NCBI RefSeq assembly: GCF_036321535.1
Contig: NC_087437.1
Span: 28,770,001-28,834,000, forward strand
DNA: 64,000 nucleotides
DNA from: Camelus dromedarius
Taxonomy: Eukaryota
Direction: 5' to 3'
Shown here: one piece after another, positions 37,730 through 52,000 of the stretch
Layout: each line of letters begins with the position of its first letter
Position numbering within the stretch: the stretch's first letter is position 1
Position numbers and translations under genes: made by a program
The notes under the pieces: generated by a model
The model's input: the letters and a program-made list of their open reading frames with translations, nothing else
Databases searched by the model: none
Told to the model about the DNA's origin: nothing

Positions 37730-38348
37730 GCCTGCCTCCCCTCCTCTGTACCTTACTCTGCTACACTTGTTACCACTCTACACTCTAGCCATGTAAAGCA
37801 ATTTACATGTCCTGAGATGTATCTCTCTGTCTCACGTGTTTCTGCCTGTGTCCAGTAGCACTTCCATCTGAATGTCCTCTCCCTTCTATTATCCTCTGTC
37901 TGCTCACCTTTCATTTAATGAAGTTCCACTTTATGAAATTTCTTTTATGGAAGCCTTCCTGTCCCCAGTATCCTCTCTACCCACCACTCTCATCCTTTGT
38001 TTTACCCACTACAATCTGAGTAGAATAAACTTTTTGATTGTTCTCTGTGGTCAGGGCTTCTTTCTGTTGTTCAAACATACTGTGATCACTCCTACCTTAG
38101 CCCTACTCTAGAGGGTAGCTTCATTTCCTACCCCTACTGTCCCTTTGCTAGCAATGTCCTGCCCCAACATCTCTGCATGGTTAGTTGCTTTTTGTCCTTC
38201 AGGTTTTAGTCTCCTCCTCTACCATGAACTTTAAGTTCAAAGAGGGCAATTTTGGGTTCCTCTTGTTCAGCATGGCATTCTCAACACATCTGACACAGCC
38301 TTGAATTGAGCAGATTCACAATAAATATTTGAAAATGAATGAACTGAA
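37730..38348 (+). mobile_element. L2 fragments ending in L2 3' tail
   Basis: 'actttaagttcaaagagggcaa...caataaatatttgaaaatgaatgaa'. Confidence 0.65.
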
Positions 38349-39354
38349 CTCTAAACTCAAACCTGTTCCATGTCAGATATGGCACAGTATTCACCTGCAT
38401 GGATTATAGAATCCAGCTAAATGCATTTATATCCTTTGGGTGAAAGACATGAATGCTCCACAAATGCTGGGTGAATGGAGAGATATAGGACTTGCACAGC
38501 ACGTTTACTCATTTTTTTCCCCTCTGGTGAAAAGTGCGTCCTTATGTGCAGGAAAGAATTTGCTTCTGAATAACGGGAGTGCCAACCCTTGTGAGGTCAA
38601 CTCTTTGTAAAGTCGATTGATAATCTGTAAATTCAGGGCTTAGTTTTTAGCAAACTAAAGAGTACACTTATTAAAGTTAAGCATTCCTAGGAATACTTTG
38701 TTCCTAGAACCTGCAAATTGGAAACCTGAGAGATCAAGCTGTTGATTGTTTTGTATTTTTGATGAAAGGATCTGTGAAAATATTGTACTTTCAAATATTT
38801 CTCTCCATAATAGAGATGGGTGCACCACTAAAAGGTTGATGATCAATCATTTTAGTCCATGGGGTTTTGATGTGAAAAATGGGAAATAATAATTAGAAGT
38901 TCGGTTTAAGTTAAAATTAAATATAACTCTCTTTACAAAGTTACCAATATAATAATGTTCAAAATGTCTAAATGTTAAACAACAAAGATTGAAACTTAAT
39001 ACAAGTCAAACATCAAAAGCAAGGAAGGGAAACAAAACCCTAAACACTTACAGAGACAAAAAAAAAAAAAACAACACAAAAACCTATGAAACAGGAATTG
39101 TTCTGAGAATTCTTCAGCATTTTTTCCTTTGTACAACTTCCTCTAAATATAGTGATTCATATATAGCTTCATTCCATCAGACAGCCTGAATCTGATACCA
39201 AACGCTTATAAAGGAATTAAAACAAGTAACCATTACTACAAAAATTTCCTTCTCCTTTTTTCCCTTTAAATTGCCAGTTTAAAACATTATTCTTTAACCA
39301 CTAAAAAAAAAAAAAATTCTAATTCAAAACCTGTATATGCTTCAAGACAGAAAC

Positions 39355-39466
39355 TTGAATCAAATGCAATTTCCATTTGTTGGAAAGTGAAGATTTTCAC
39401 TGGTGAAATGTTTAGACTAAAATACATATTATTTTAGGGACTAATGTGTGTGTTACAGTAAATGTT
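39355..39466 (+). repeat. Copy 1 of ~112-bp dispersed direct duplication
   Basis: Hand alignment to 40857-40969: about 12 substitutions and 1 gap, first 33 nt identical. Confidence 0.9.
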
Positions 39467-40856
39467 CTAGAAGATTGAGAAAGAGAAAGCCACTTCAGGG
39501 TAGGGTGATCTCATGAATCAGGGTGGATTTGTGAGGCTTTAGAATATTAAGAGGATTGAGTAACCAAAGAAGTGAGAGAAACTAGGTGAGCTCCATGAGC
39601 AATACAATGTTACAAGAGTGAAAATGTTCCCAGCCTGTACGAAGCTGTACACAGAATCAAACAGATCACCGCAGAAGAGAAGGGGATTTTTTTTTTTAAA
39701 CCACTGGTGTTAGGATATAGGAATGCTGACCTGATTTCAGTGTCACCTTTGTTGACAGTGGTGAATCAGGCCATTAGAGGAGCATGTTCATGGCCTGTTT
39801 GTTGAGGCTCTTGGGGTCTGGCTAGTGAGACCAGATTGAAAGATGTAACAGACGTCTATTAATATTCATTGCTTCTCTTTTCTTGGCTTTAAATATACAC
39901 ATATAAACACTGTCTGGATTGTTTTCTTGGAGAAGAGCATCTTTTGGGATGCATCTGATGATTAACTTTATGTGTCATTATACCAGAGGAAGGGCCAGAT
40001 GACCTTTCTATCCACTTAGGAATTCTTTACCATTTGAAGAGAAAGTGAGGTCTCTCATCTCACAAGTTCAGTGGTGCTGCCTGCCGTCTGAGTCACTGCA
40101 GCAAAAGTGTGCAGCAAGTGAAAATATTTCAATCATGCCAGCCAGATCAGGAGCATTACAGGGTAATTAACTCAGATTGGTTACTGTATTTAGTATGTGG
40201 ATTCTTTTAGCCTATTAGTAAATGTGACATTGTGTAGAAGTGGGGAGGGAGAAGTCCAAAATTCATTCTGGAGAAATATATTAAAAATAAAACAGAAACA
40301 TATGTCAGCAATTGAAAAGGGATTCATAGTTGATAAAAAAATCTGGACTAACTTTCAGGGACAACTTGTATTGTTTCTAGTACTAGATATTTGTAACTCA
40401 AGAAACTAAAAAGTAAGAAAAATAGAATTATGACGCATATTTTCATTGGCATTTTAGATGAACCTTTCATGATTTGTTCATATTATTAATAATACTTATA
40501 TTCACTGAATGCAGTTTAATGTAATTTTCGATATGAAGTGCTGAGCAAATGACTTCATTTCTGAAGTATTTATAAATATATGATTATGTCCATAAAGTCA
40601 GACCAGTTTTAAAAATAAATGACTCATTTTCTTACAGGATGTTTTATTAACTAAACATCCTTTATGTTTTCTTTGGTCAGGCAAGATGAATTTGAATTGC
40701 TATGATATATATTTTATATCAGAAACTTATTCATTAACTTACATGGTTCATGGGTGTCCGTATTTAGTTTACTTTGCTCACAAAAAAGACATGGTATCTT
40801 TAAAAAGAAAACTTGCAAATTCAGATGAATAATAATAAAATTTAATGGTTGAGAAG

Positions 40857-40969
40857 TTGAATCAAATGCAATTTCCATTTGTTGGAAAGATAGGATTTAC
40901 ACTGGTGACATGTTTAGACAAAAATACATAATACTTTAAATGACTAATGGATGTGTTACAGTAAATGTT
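40857..40969 (+). repeat. Copy 2 of ~112-bp dispersed direct duplication
   Basis: See 39355-39466. Confidence 0.9.
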
Positions 40970-42078
40970 GTCAAAGTAGATGGATTTCACATCTTTTTAT
41001 GTGTATTAAAATTACATTAAAATTAGTTATTCTACCTTTATATCAGAGTGCTCCTTTCCTTTCTTCAAATTAGATAAACCAAAAAATAATATTATTTTCT
41101 GATGTTTAAGACAGTGCTTGCTGAGATATTTTAAAGTAAACTTGTTCGTTTTTGTAGAAGTCTCGATGTTTCATGTCAGGAGAGAGATTGAGATTACCAA
41201 AATGGTCCTCTCTTTGCTCCTGCATCTCAGTCCCGCAAAACTAAGCAGTATCCTACCACCTTCCTCTTCCTCTTTCTCCCGTCCTTCTCCCACTTTGTTC
41301 ATTAGAAGGAAGGAGCAAGACCCAGAAAAGAAAATGATAAAATAGGAGTAGATCACAAGCTCTAGGAAAGGCCAGGAAAGACCTTGGAGATATTTTCAAC
41401 TCTTTATAAGTGGAGGTGAAATAATGGAAAGCACCTACATTTATGTAATGACATCCATACATATGATAATAAGAAAAAAGCCCCTATGTGCCAAAATGGA
41501 GCATCAGTTCCTACTCTCCTCTCTGTCCTCTCTCACCCCCCGAAACACACTTCACAAACAGCATTCCATCTCTCTGGGTACAGACACAGAACTGAGCCCA
41601 AGTCACATTTTACTGGAAGGCCAGGGACAGCCTGTGGGAAGCTGAACCAGTGAGGTCTGATTTTGGCAAGCCCTATCTCTCCTTTGCTCCCCTTACTTGG
41701 TTCTTTTCCAGGCAGCCTGAAATTTCAAGAGGGGCCTGGAAGCCCCTTGACTGCCCTTTCCCTGCTTCACTCTTCCAACAAGTCCCCAAATAACACTGAT
41801 CTATAGGCCACCCACTAATGCTCTCCCCAACATGAATGAGTAAATGAATGACTTACTGAGTACTCATCTATTAGTACTGGGTTTAAGAAGAGCCTTTATG
41901 TGTTAAATCAAAGAAATGGCTAAAATAAGACCACAATGAGAGCTTAGAGCGCTAAGATTGATAAAATGCAGGAAAATACTTGACCTTGAGAAGCCTCCTA
42001 AATCCCAACATACTAGAAGTCATACGCTCTATCACACATGGTTAGAACTATGGAGTGGGGAGCTTTTGTTCTGCATAG

Positions 42079-42299
42079 CAGGGGTCAGTAAACTGTTACC
42101 GTGGACCAAATCCAGTCCACTGCCTGTTTTTGCAGATGAGGTTTTACAGGAATACTTTCACGTTATTCCTTTCTTTAGAGCATGGCCTGCTTTCACGGTA
42201 CGATGGCAGAGTCCAGGAGCTACCATGGAGACCATGCAGCCCACAAAGCCCCAAATATTTATTATCTGGCCCTTTTTAGAAAAAATTTGCTGACTCCTG
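42079..42299 (+). mobile_element. MER58A-like hAT-Charlie MITE
   Basis: Terminal inverted repeats caggggtcagtaaac...atttgctgactcctg; internal 'gcccacaaagccccaaatatttattatctggcccttt'. Confidence 0.88.
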
Positions 42300-43399
42300 C
42301 TCTAAAGGAATAATGACATTGAAAATCGCAAATCTTTTATTTCTTCTCCTTTTTTTTTTTCTTTTTCTTTACAACTTCTTTTTCCCCCTTCAACTGTAGG
42401 ATAGAGCAACTCAGAATTTCATGTGAATGCTTAGCCAGGAAATCTTACTTTAAAAGCTGAAAGTAATGAATCATGATCATCTTGAAATGTCTTCAATTTC
42501 TGCTGCCTCTACACTATAGATATAACTGAATGAGAGTTTGGAGTGATTGTCTTGCTTTGGTTATATAACTCCAAATCGATTATTATTTGGCCTCCTTCAA
42601 CCGCTCCTAATGACTGATCATTTAACATACTGGGAATTCACTCCTAAAACAGTACAGAGAAATGTATATTTTCTTCTTATCTTACACCACTAATGCATCA
42701 TGTGCATAGAAAAGAAAGCATAGGTGTTTAGATTTTATAAATATTTTCATGATGATATACAGAATGTAACAAAAGTCCTAGGTCATCACTATTTTGACTG
42801 AGCTTTAAAATTACTAAGTGGCCACTCTTCTTAAATATTGAATTTTCTGGTGCATCAGTAGCCCATTTCCTATCTTTGCATTCCCCGAAGCATGCTTCCC
42901 AGAAAGTGTTTTGCATAATATGTTAAGAGAGGAAAGGATAAGCATGGGAAAGGCAGAGTAAAATAAGTGTCCTTACGGCAGGACTTCTCAGAGTGTTTCA
43001 TATGAAAATACTCCCTGTTAATTGCAAAGAGAGGATAGAATATGCTTTGTTCTCTAACTCACTTACTTATTTATTCATTCAACAAATGTTTCTTGAGTTC
43101 CTATTCTCTGCTAACTGCTGTTCTAGGTGTTTCAAACAGAGCATTTTCAAAAAGTCAAAGGGTATGGAGATTTGGAGTATATCAGAGGTTTAGAAAGTCT
43201 TGGAAAGAATTTATGAAGGAAAAGAATTCTGAAGATGAGTGGAATTATGATAAGTAACGTTCTCTAGGGGAGAGGTATTTTACTAACTAGAAATACATGA
43301 CTAGCAGATGCATATAGATAGAGGCTGACAGATACTTCTTGAATGTAACTGAATTGCATGGAATGGGACAACTGCAGTAGTATAACAAGGTCCTCCATG

Positions 43400-44212
43400 G
43401 CACCTTCTATGCGTTGTCAGTTTGTACATATACGTGTCACATATGTGTGCACATCACAAACCAAAGTACTGAAACAGACGTCATTTTGGTGCCAAGGGTT
43501 GGAAAGTGACATTTCTCCTCTTCCTCTGCCTATAATAATGTCTCATGTTTGTGTGTCTGGTAAACAGATTTGAAAATTGTACTATCTAGTTAAAACTGAA
43601 CTAGCTCTCACCAAGTGGACTTGTGAATAAAAAAGCCTCCTTGCAGGAAGCTGCAGATGGAAGATAATACTAATAATGTAAACAAAAGCAAAATACAAGA
43701 AAATGGCAGAGCAAACATCTCTTCCACTCCTTGAAGAAGCTCTTCCTCAGAAATATCATGAAGTAACAATGATGACCTAATGATATGTGTCAAGGTGTCA
43801 GCCAAAAAGCTGAAATCATCAAGAAGACCATTGAAATAGAAATTTTATCCACCACTGTTAATGAACACATCTCATCCTAAGTGCATGCTTTGTCTTTTAC
43901 ATCAGTTAATGATGTTAAGTAGACAACTTGATTGGCAAACGTTTTAAATCTGGGCATCCAAAGCTATTTTTAGTGACAACCAAAAGGTTTTTTCTTCGTA
44001 TAATTAAATTAAAATAAGTAATTATTCATACTAGGTTTATTTCATCCATATAAAATTCCATGTTTATGCAGGTTTTATAACGAACAAAATTTTCCATACA
44101 ATTGAACATGTCTATGATTTATAAAGAAATCTGAAAATTACATATATTAAAGGCACAAACTAAAAATATGTTTAGAGATGGGATGAGCAATTACACAAGT
44201 TTGGAAAACACT
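43400..44212 (+). mobile_element. hAT-Charlie (Charlie7-like) transposon remnant with decayed BED-finger coding region
   Basis: 'gaagataatactaataatg...aagaaaatggcagagc', 'cctaagtgcatgctttgtc' (PKCxxC), 'ggcatcca' (HP); ends in Charlie-type terminus 'aagtttggaaaacact'; left boundary uncertain. Confidence 0.6.
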
Positions 44213-45029
44213 CCTTGGAAGACAGTAATTTTAAGCAAGTAATAAATATATTGTGTATACATTTCCTGTTTTCATCTGTCACGAGATGAGCTAATGAACT
44301 GAAGCCTTGCTTAGCATGTATTCTTTTCTAGGTTTCTCCAGATGTTTGAAATAAGTTTTGAATTAGCTCAGGAAAATATAGTTAGCCAATGGGAAGATTA
44401 CTAAACAGCTAATGCTCTTTTTGTTAGAAATCAGGCCATTCGTAAAGTCCCAGATTAAAAAAAAAAAAAGAACTGTTTTCCTTCAAATAAGAGTGAATGT
44501 AATTATAGATTTTGTTAGAAATAAAGCCATTAAAGCACTTTAGCTGGCTGGGTTTCCCATTAGCTCCTTTCAGATTCTCTCAGCCCTGTACAGAAAACCC
44601 AAGTTTCATTATGTAAAAGAGTGATTTACCACTAATCAGCAGTTCCAGTGACAACGAAGACGTGCTTGTGTTCTAAAAGTAGCTTAATTAGACTGCACTG
44701 TAAGGTTTGCCACACGACTCAAGCTAATAAGATTATTTTCAAACACGTATTGAGCTACCAGGCTTCATTTACTGAAAATGAGTTAAAACAATTTATATTC
44801 ATAAATAATCAGGATAAATAATTAGCTATTTACCAAAGCTAGTGGAAGAATCTCCTTTTAGCATGGCCATTGCAGCAGTCAAGAGGTGGTGAAATATGTA
44901 AGAAAACTTGTGTGAAAGTATTCATGACATATCCAATGCAAATCTACCTCACATTAGTGTAGTCTGGGGTCTAAAACAGCGGTGACAAAGGCTGTTTCCT
45001 GTAGCCTTTCTATATGGATGTGTTTCTGC

Positions 45030-45265
45030 AGCAGTTAGGAGCACAGCCTAACCAGGGTTTATTGGCTGTGAGACCTTGGGTAAGTTATTTAAACTACCAT
45101 GCTTGCATTTCCTTATCTTTGAAATGGAAACAATGATAATACTTTTTCATATAGTATGTCAAGGTTATTGTCAAGGTTATTAAATGAAATAATGTAATTA
45201 AAAGTCTTATCAAGTAGAAGATTAGTCATTTGAGTTTATATTCAATAATTATTAGCTATTATTAT
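45030..45265 (+). mobile_element. MIR SINE with internal 12-bp tandem duplication (gtcaaggttatt x2)
   Basis: 'gctgtgagaccttgggtaagttatttaaac...tttccttatctttgaaatggaaacaatgataatac'. Confidence 0.8.
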
Positions 45266-45999
45266 AAATAATTTTTATGGTAAACAATATCAAATAGTTA
45301 CAAATGATGATGTCATCTTCGTATTAGGGCTTAATTGTGTATTATCAGAAATGCAGAAACTTTCAGATGTGGTAACATCAATTTGAACACAAGCCTTTTA
45401 CCCTCTACCAGGAGATACTTGTTTAAATGAATAATGTATAAAATTTCTTAGCGACTAAATTTCTCCTAAAACTGACCAATGACTGAAATAGTTTATACCC
45501 AGTGTCACAGTTATATACAAAAAAGATCTCTCCAGTGAATGAATTTTAAAATAAATGTAGATTTCCAAAACTGGAACTGCCTTTGGGGCCAGCTGTAATG
45601 TCTCATCTCTTCATCTTTTTGTGTGTGTCCTAACCTGAGGTCATAATAAAAAATTGAAGCTGAAAAAAGGTCAGGATGTAGATGTTGGACCTAATTCTTA
45701 TTACTTAAATAAAATATCAACATTTGAGTAATAGAAAAATGTATTGACCTTAATTGATAATGAACTTCAAAGTCCAAAATATCACTGAAGAGTGGTATGT
45801 ATGAAAATATAAATAACCTCTTGAAAGTCCAACTCAATCCAATTCAACCAACATACCTCAACAATCTCTTGGATCCTGAGCATCTGACCAGTTCTGTGCT
45901 ACATGACATCATTTCTCCCTTCTTCAATGTACCTTAAATAAAGCTAACTCTGGTTAATAGATTTCATTCCCTATCTCAGATATAATAAGTTAGTTTTGA

Positions 46000-46465
46000 C
46001 TGTACAGTAGTTAAACCCACGATATTTTGAAGGAATCTCACATTACGTGACCTTTAGCAGCAGGCTGGATGTTGTCTTCGTCTAGAAAATACATGGAAAG
46101 GTAATCTCTCTTCCCTTCCCCAGGCAGCTATAGAACAGGGCAGTAACCTACATTCTGCTAACCAGATGTTCTTACTCACTACTTCGAATCTTGAGCAAGT
46201 GATGTGAAAAAGCAGAGGCCATTTAGAAATTATACACTGTGGAATAGTAGTTTAGTGACCAACATCAAGTAACCAGAAGGAGTAATTTTGGACTGCCAGC
46301 ATCTCCCACATGACACTGTTTTGTTTTATATTTGACATTTCCTTGCTGATTTCTTTTGTCCAGACTTTCTTGGTTACAGAACATTTCTGAACCTGTTTAC
46401 AACATTATTACCCATTCTATGAGAATCTGTGACATTCTTCCAATAAATTCGTTTGTGACTTAAAG
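46000..46465 (+). mobile_element. Old ERVL-type LTR (LTR16/LTR33-like)
   Basis: 'ttctgctaaccagatg...ttcgaatcttgagcaagtgatgtg', 'ttcttccaataaattcgtttgtgacttaaa'. Confidence 0.45.
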
Positions 46466-47189
46466 GTGACCCACCAGAATTTGGTCTCTACCTGCTTTTC
46501 CAGACTTATCTCTAATTATACCCCTCTACAAAACCATACTACATACTACAGAACCATACTACAGTCATACTGCTGTCATCCTCCCAAAAACATTCTTGTG
46601 ACAAGTGGCTTGTTCTCTCTTCCTCTGCCAAACCACTTCCTGAAAATTCCTCCATTCTTTAAGTCCCTATGTGAATTCAGTCCTCTCCAATATGGAATTA
46701 CCCTTTACCTCACGAATGGGAAGGAAGCATGCTACAGTGGAAGAGAGCAATTGTCTTGGACCTAAGTCAATGCCATTCTGCTGCACTTGATTTGGACTCT
46801 ATAGTTCATCTTTCTACCAGAGTAATGTTTCAGTTTGTTTAAGATGGAGCAATTCAAAAGTTATGAAAAAAAAGTATGCATTCATCCAATCAATGTTATT
46901 CCATGTTTCTCTAGAGATAACATAAGTAAAGAAGTCTTTTTGAAATAATGTTTAATGTATCAAATTTTAATTTTATAAAGAATAAAGTAACTCATAGTAA
47001 ACACTCATTAAACACCTGAGGTTTGTTGAACAGAATAGCAAAAAGAGATGATACTTTTTTTTTCTTTTCAGATTATTTGAAGTAAATTCAATTAGCAGTC
47101 CACAAAGGCATGCTATACTTTTTTAGTTTTCTGTTGACCTGAGGTCTGATCACTTACATTCAGAAAAGAAGTCTAATGAGAAATGTCAG

Positions 47190-47292
47190 TCCATCCTATG
47201 AGCACCTGTGTTTTAGTTTCAATAAATTCTTTTGGGACTTAAATTAACCAGAGTCATTTTCTGTTGTTTGCAACCAGAAACCCTAAGCTGGG
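47190..47292 (+). mobile_element. ERVL-type LTR 3' end fragment
   Basis: 'aataaattcttttgggacttaaattaaccagagtcattttctgttgtttgcaaccagaaaccct'. Confidence 0.55.
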
Positions 47293-48824
47293 TTTCTGCA
47301 CTAGGTTCACTCAAAAACCACCTATCTTTGTATTACATAGAAAATCAAATCTACACTAATCAGTTTGACTTATAAAATCACCACATATGCCTGAAAAAAA
47401 AAAAACAGTCATTTAAGATGGCACTGTAAGATCTGACAAGGCAACCAGAAATCCAAAAATTATTTCTAATAATTAGTATTGTCAATCTTCTCTTACAGAA
47501 CTTTTGTTATGATTCTTGGAGCTAATTGACAGCAAGTCTTGACGACCTCAGGGGGAGGAAGAGATAAAGAATAGTAATAGAACAAGAAAACAGGAAAGAA
47601 GTGGGATCCAAATAGGTGTATCAGACTATCATTTCAGAATCTCTGGTATGTGTAAGATTCAAAATGTGCAATCCCTTAGAAAGTTGATTTTAAGTTATAA
47701 AAACTATTTGGTTGAAGAGTGAGGTTTTTGGCTTTGTGTTTGGCTCATTGTGCTGACTACCAACTTCCACCTGGATGTGGTCATTAAGTTGTACTATGCT
47801 GATGTAAAGCAGTGTTGGGGACCTTCCTTAGAAAACTCATTATCATATAGTGCCTGTTAGCATAGTTATTTGCTTCACAGACTAAAGAAAATAGCTTTAA
47901 TTCAATAGCCCTGCTTCATCATTCTTCTCTAGTCAACGAACAAATCCACAAAACTTAATTCCAGGCAGTAAGAGATAGGTGTTAGGCATGTACAGAGTAG
48001 TAAAAAGTGATGAGTATGTAACCTAGATTATTAGATTGGCTTTCGTCATTTCTTTTGGCTTTGGTTTTGGATTTTCCTTGCATAGAAATCCTCTGTTAAA
48101 ATATTCTAATTTGGGGAGAATATGACTATATCCCTCCAGTCTACTGCTTACCTGAATTTATGAGAAAGGTAAATTGCTTTGGATTTAGCTACTGAAGATT
48201 GGAATATCTGTCTCTGTGTGGTTAACCTGTCTTAGATGCAAAAGTTCCTGATAGATTTCGGCCAAGCAGAATTTATTTACATGAAATTTTGATAAGGACT
48301 GATATATAAAATACATAAAAGTGGAAAATTTTGTGGCAAACTAGTCTATCAAGGATCTCCATCCTGCAACCTCTTGCCCTGTCCTTTTCCATACTCCAAC
48401 TCCCTCTCCCATGAAACTCTAGGGGATCTAAGAGCTGAGGTCTCAGATGTCTGACTTTGAACTAAATGCCCTAGTAATTGAAAAAAATATACATATAAAT
48501 ACTTTTTTAACTAAGTAACTTGATTATGATATGATAATACAATACAGGCATGTAAGCAGTGAACTGCCTTGTAAAATATATGTTTCAATATAGATTTTTG
48601 TAAATGAAAAATCCATGTGCTTTTTATTATTATTATTATTTATCAATGTGTCTGGTCTGTTTGTTGAAACCATCTGGAACTCTTACTCACCCCATAGTTG
48701 AAAGCTCTGAAGAAGTTAGGAAAAAGAAGTCCCAGGAGCTGCACATCTGGACTGTCTAACTGACCATGTGACCTTTGGATTCATCCTCTTCCTCTCTGAA
48801 GAAATGGAGCTGTGCTAAAGGTTT

Positions 48825-49002
48825 CCATAGTTTCCAAATTTTTGCAATGATAAGGATCACCTGAAGTACTTGTACTTGCTCAAAGTACAAATTCCCCAAC
48901 TCCTTCCAAACCCACTTGATCTGAATTCTCAGGAGAGGGCCGGGGAATCACGGGTTTGACAGAACCTCCAGATGACTCTTATCATTGGAAAGTTGGGAAC
49001 AG
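48825..49002 (+). mobile_element. MER5A1-like hAT-Charlie MITE
   Basis: 'tttccaaatt...taaggatcacctg...ctgaattctcaggagagggccggggaatc...ccagatgactcttatcattggaaagttgggaaca'. Confidence 0.7.
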
Positions 49003-52000
49003 AGTTGAACAACACCAACAGTCGTTCTAATAGAGAAGGTCTATGATTCCCTTCATATTTCTCAGATCATTAAATATTTTAACTGAAGCTATGGAACTTG
49101 GAGCAGAAATGGTGGAAGGAAGAAAAAATTATTCCTTTAAAATAAAAATGATACTGAATTTGGCATCTTCTATGAAATATAATATCAAGTAATTAGAAGG
49201 TAGATTTTTATTTGAACTGCGCACGTCTTCCTTTTTTTTAATCTCTTTTTTTAAAATTGTGGGTTGCTTTAATTTTGACTTTTTTTCCCCTTTTTCTTGT
49301 TGGAAGAGTTTTTCCTTACATCTGTGCTTTTAAAATCTGATCATTTATCCTTAAAAATCTCTAACAAGGATGCTACAATCTTTCTTTTAAGTACCATGTT
49401 ACAGATTTTCTGCAGACTTTTGGCAGAAATTTCCCCCTAATTAACAATAAGGTTGAATTAACTTATTAAAGCAAGACAGGGCATCTGCAGGCTTTCATCA
49501 CTTAGCAAACATTTACTGTGCACTGTCAAGGCAACAACAACTTAACCTCAGTCAATCTGAGGATCCTATCTATTTTTTCTAGGTTCTTCCTCAGTTTTGA
49601 GTGTTGCAGGAACTAAGGAATAGATGTCTATCTGGCTCTCAGAGATATCTATTTAAATTAGCATCTTTGGAGGCTTATTTGGAGCTCAGTCATCAGTCCT
49701 CAAATGTTACCAGTAAGATGTCATTCATTCTTGGTATCTTGGTTCCCTCAAAAGTTGATCACTGCTTTCCTTGTTTTCCCTCTGTCCACTCCTGGGACCA
49801 TCAGCATCTCCAGCTCCTGGGGCGCAGGAAATCCCCATGAACTTGTCTGAGGTCCCACGAGACTAGATACCTATATAACCTACAGTCATTTCCTCTTTGG
49901 AGTCTTGCCTCATTTTCTTGGATGTCTAGCTCGTAAGTAATGCACAGATTCCTTTTATTCTCAAATCCCACAAAACCCTTGGTATTTCTACTAAAATGCT
50001 ATCTTAGAAAGTTGTTTTGCATTTAACATCAGCTTCAAAGGCTACCTAGCAATGTGTTACACTAACCTTTATTTGTAATATGTGCTGGACATTAGTAAAC
50101 ACCTTCCTCTAACTAAATTTTAATTGCAACAAGTACTTTTTAAGAACATCTTTTTGAAGAGGATAACTAAATATTTGTTGCCATGTGAACATGAATTTTT
50201 AATTTGTTAAACAGATTCTATAAAGCTTCACTCTAAATACTTCAATGATTTCATCACAGTTTAAAGATAGAAAGTTATATGCTGGGGGGATAACAATCTA
50301 AGGATTAATCAGTTGGTTTAACTCAAAGTATTTTTCTAAAATGGCTTGAGGATAGAGAGATGAGACATGAAATTTCACACACAAATTGAATATGCAAGTG
50401 TTGGTTTACAACCATTTAAATAATATTTTCCACCTATAAAAATGTCAGTGGCATTCTTAAAAAATCAAAATATTGCATCATTTGTTCCATGGTGCATTTT
50501 TCACTTTTTAAATTTATGACTTTGCTTATGTTATTTGTCTTTTTATAGGGATTCACTCTGTCTTCCATGGTTTTGGAAGTGATTGTTTTAATCTGTTTCA
50601 TTTCTTAGAGAAATTCCTGATGTTTTTTTTTAACATTAACTTTTATTTCATATCTTACATCTTCTTTGTGATATCAGACTCAACATGTTTTTAACTGAAA
50701 TAAGCCAGAAAACAAGAGAAACAAAAAGCCAAGTAGCAGAAGTCAGCAGTTTTCATTTTCTTTTACTTCTGTGTTCCCCACGTGCTGAAGCAGACATACT
50801 GCTAACAGCACTGTGTGTTCCACTTTTTAACATAATGTTAAAACATAAACGCTTTTTCATATTATACTTGCTCTTTAAAATTATATTTTTAATGGCTATA
50901 GAGCATGCCAACAGTTGCTTTGCCACAATTTAACTAGTTCCAAAATTTCTAGACAGTTAGCAATATCCAGATTTTTGATGTCAGAAAGAATTTTATAATA
51001 AGAAACTTATGTATATAGTTTCACCAAAACTAGATGATATTAGTAGGTTAAAGAGAGCTAAAGATTTTTAGGGCTCAATGTAAAGCTTTTAGGGCTTAAT
51101 GACGTTACAATTAACCACCTGTTTTGAAGTATAACAATTTCAACATACACTAAGCAGAATATTTATATGAATTTCACAGATATAAAATGTCACTTCATTG
51201 TTTTAATTTCCACTTACTTGATAACTATCGACAAAAAGAAACTAACAGTGTCTCCTACTGTGTGAAGTGATACTGGCCTCCTTTTACATTAAACATGTCA
51301 ATATAAACATTCTGATACAAAAGGTGAAATTCTAAACAGTTAAATGAATGCTAAAACAACCATATATATAGTAAATAAATATTATTAAATTATATAAATT
51401 AGTGGGATTCTTGCCTTGAATTCATCCTTATATTTAAAAAAACTTTTCTATGCAATTTTCTAGTCCAACTTCAAATGATGATATTTTGGGGTATAATTTC
51501 CTTTTATTTAAAATCATCCATGGAATTTTCTATTATAACAGCCTTTCTAAGTGCTGAGAAAAGTTAAGGTGATGAAGTTGGCATAATTAGAATGATAAGT
51601 GTAATGCTATTGGGATTAGATTCCACAATATACTGTCCATCGCCTTGAATGTTAACGTCTTAGTTTGGCCTTTATGTTTATTTTTAATAAATGCTGTACC
51701 TCACAAATTGCCTTTCAATATCAGAAAGTTAAGCTGTCAAATGTCAGAATTAGATTGGCTTGACTGCCTAATTAAATACAGATTCATCTGGAAAAGTGTT
51801 CTCCTGCTCTCACATTTCAGTCTAATATCCGCTCACATTCAGAATGACCCCTACATGGCCTAAACTTTAGAGCAAGGGCAAACAGACAGAAATACCAACC
51901 CTCTTCTGTATTCTTGTTTAGCCAATTCTTGGCCTGAGAGAAGCACTGTCAGCTTAGTATAAACTGGAAGACTAGAACGGGGAGAGAGAGGGGGCACCCC

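Noticed and set aside
39355..39466. H/ACA snoRNA (ANANNA-like box, ACA near the end, small hairpin)
   Set aside because: Hairpins are too short for the two-hairpin H/ACA architecture, and differences in copy 2 disrupt rather than compensate pairing.
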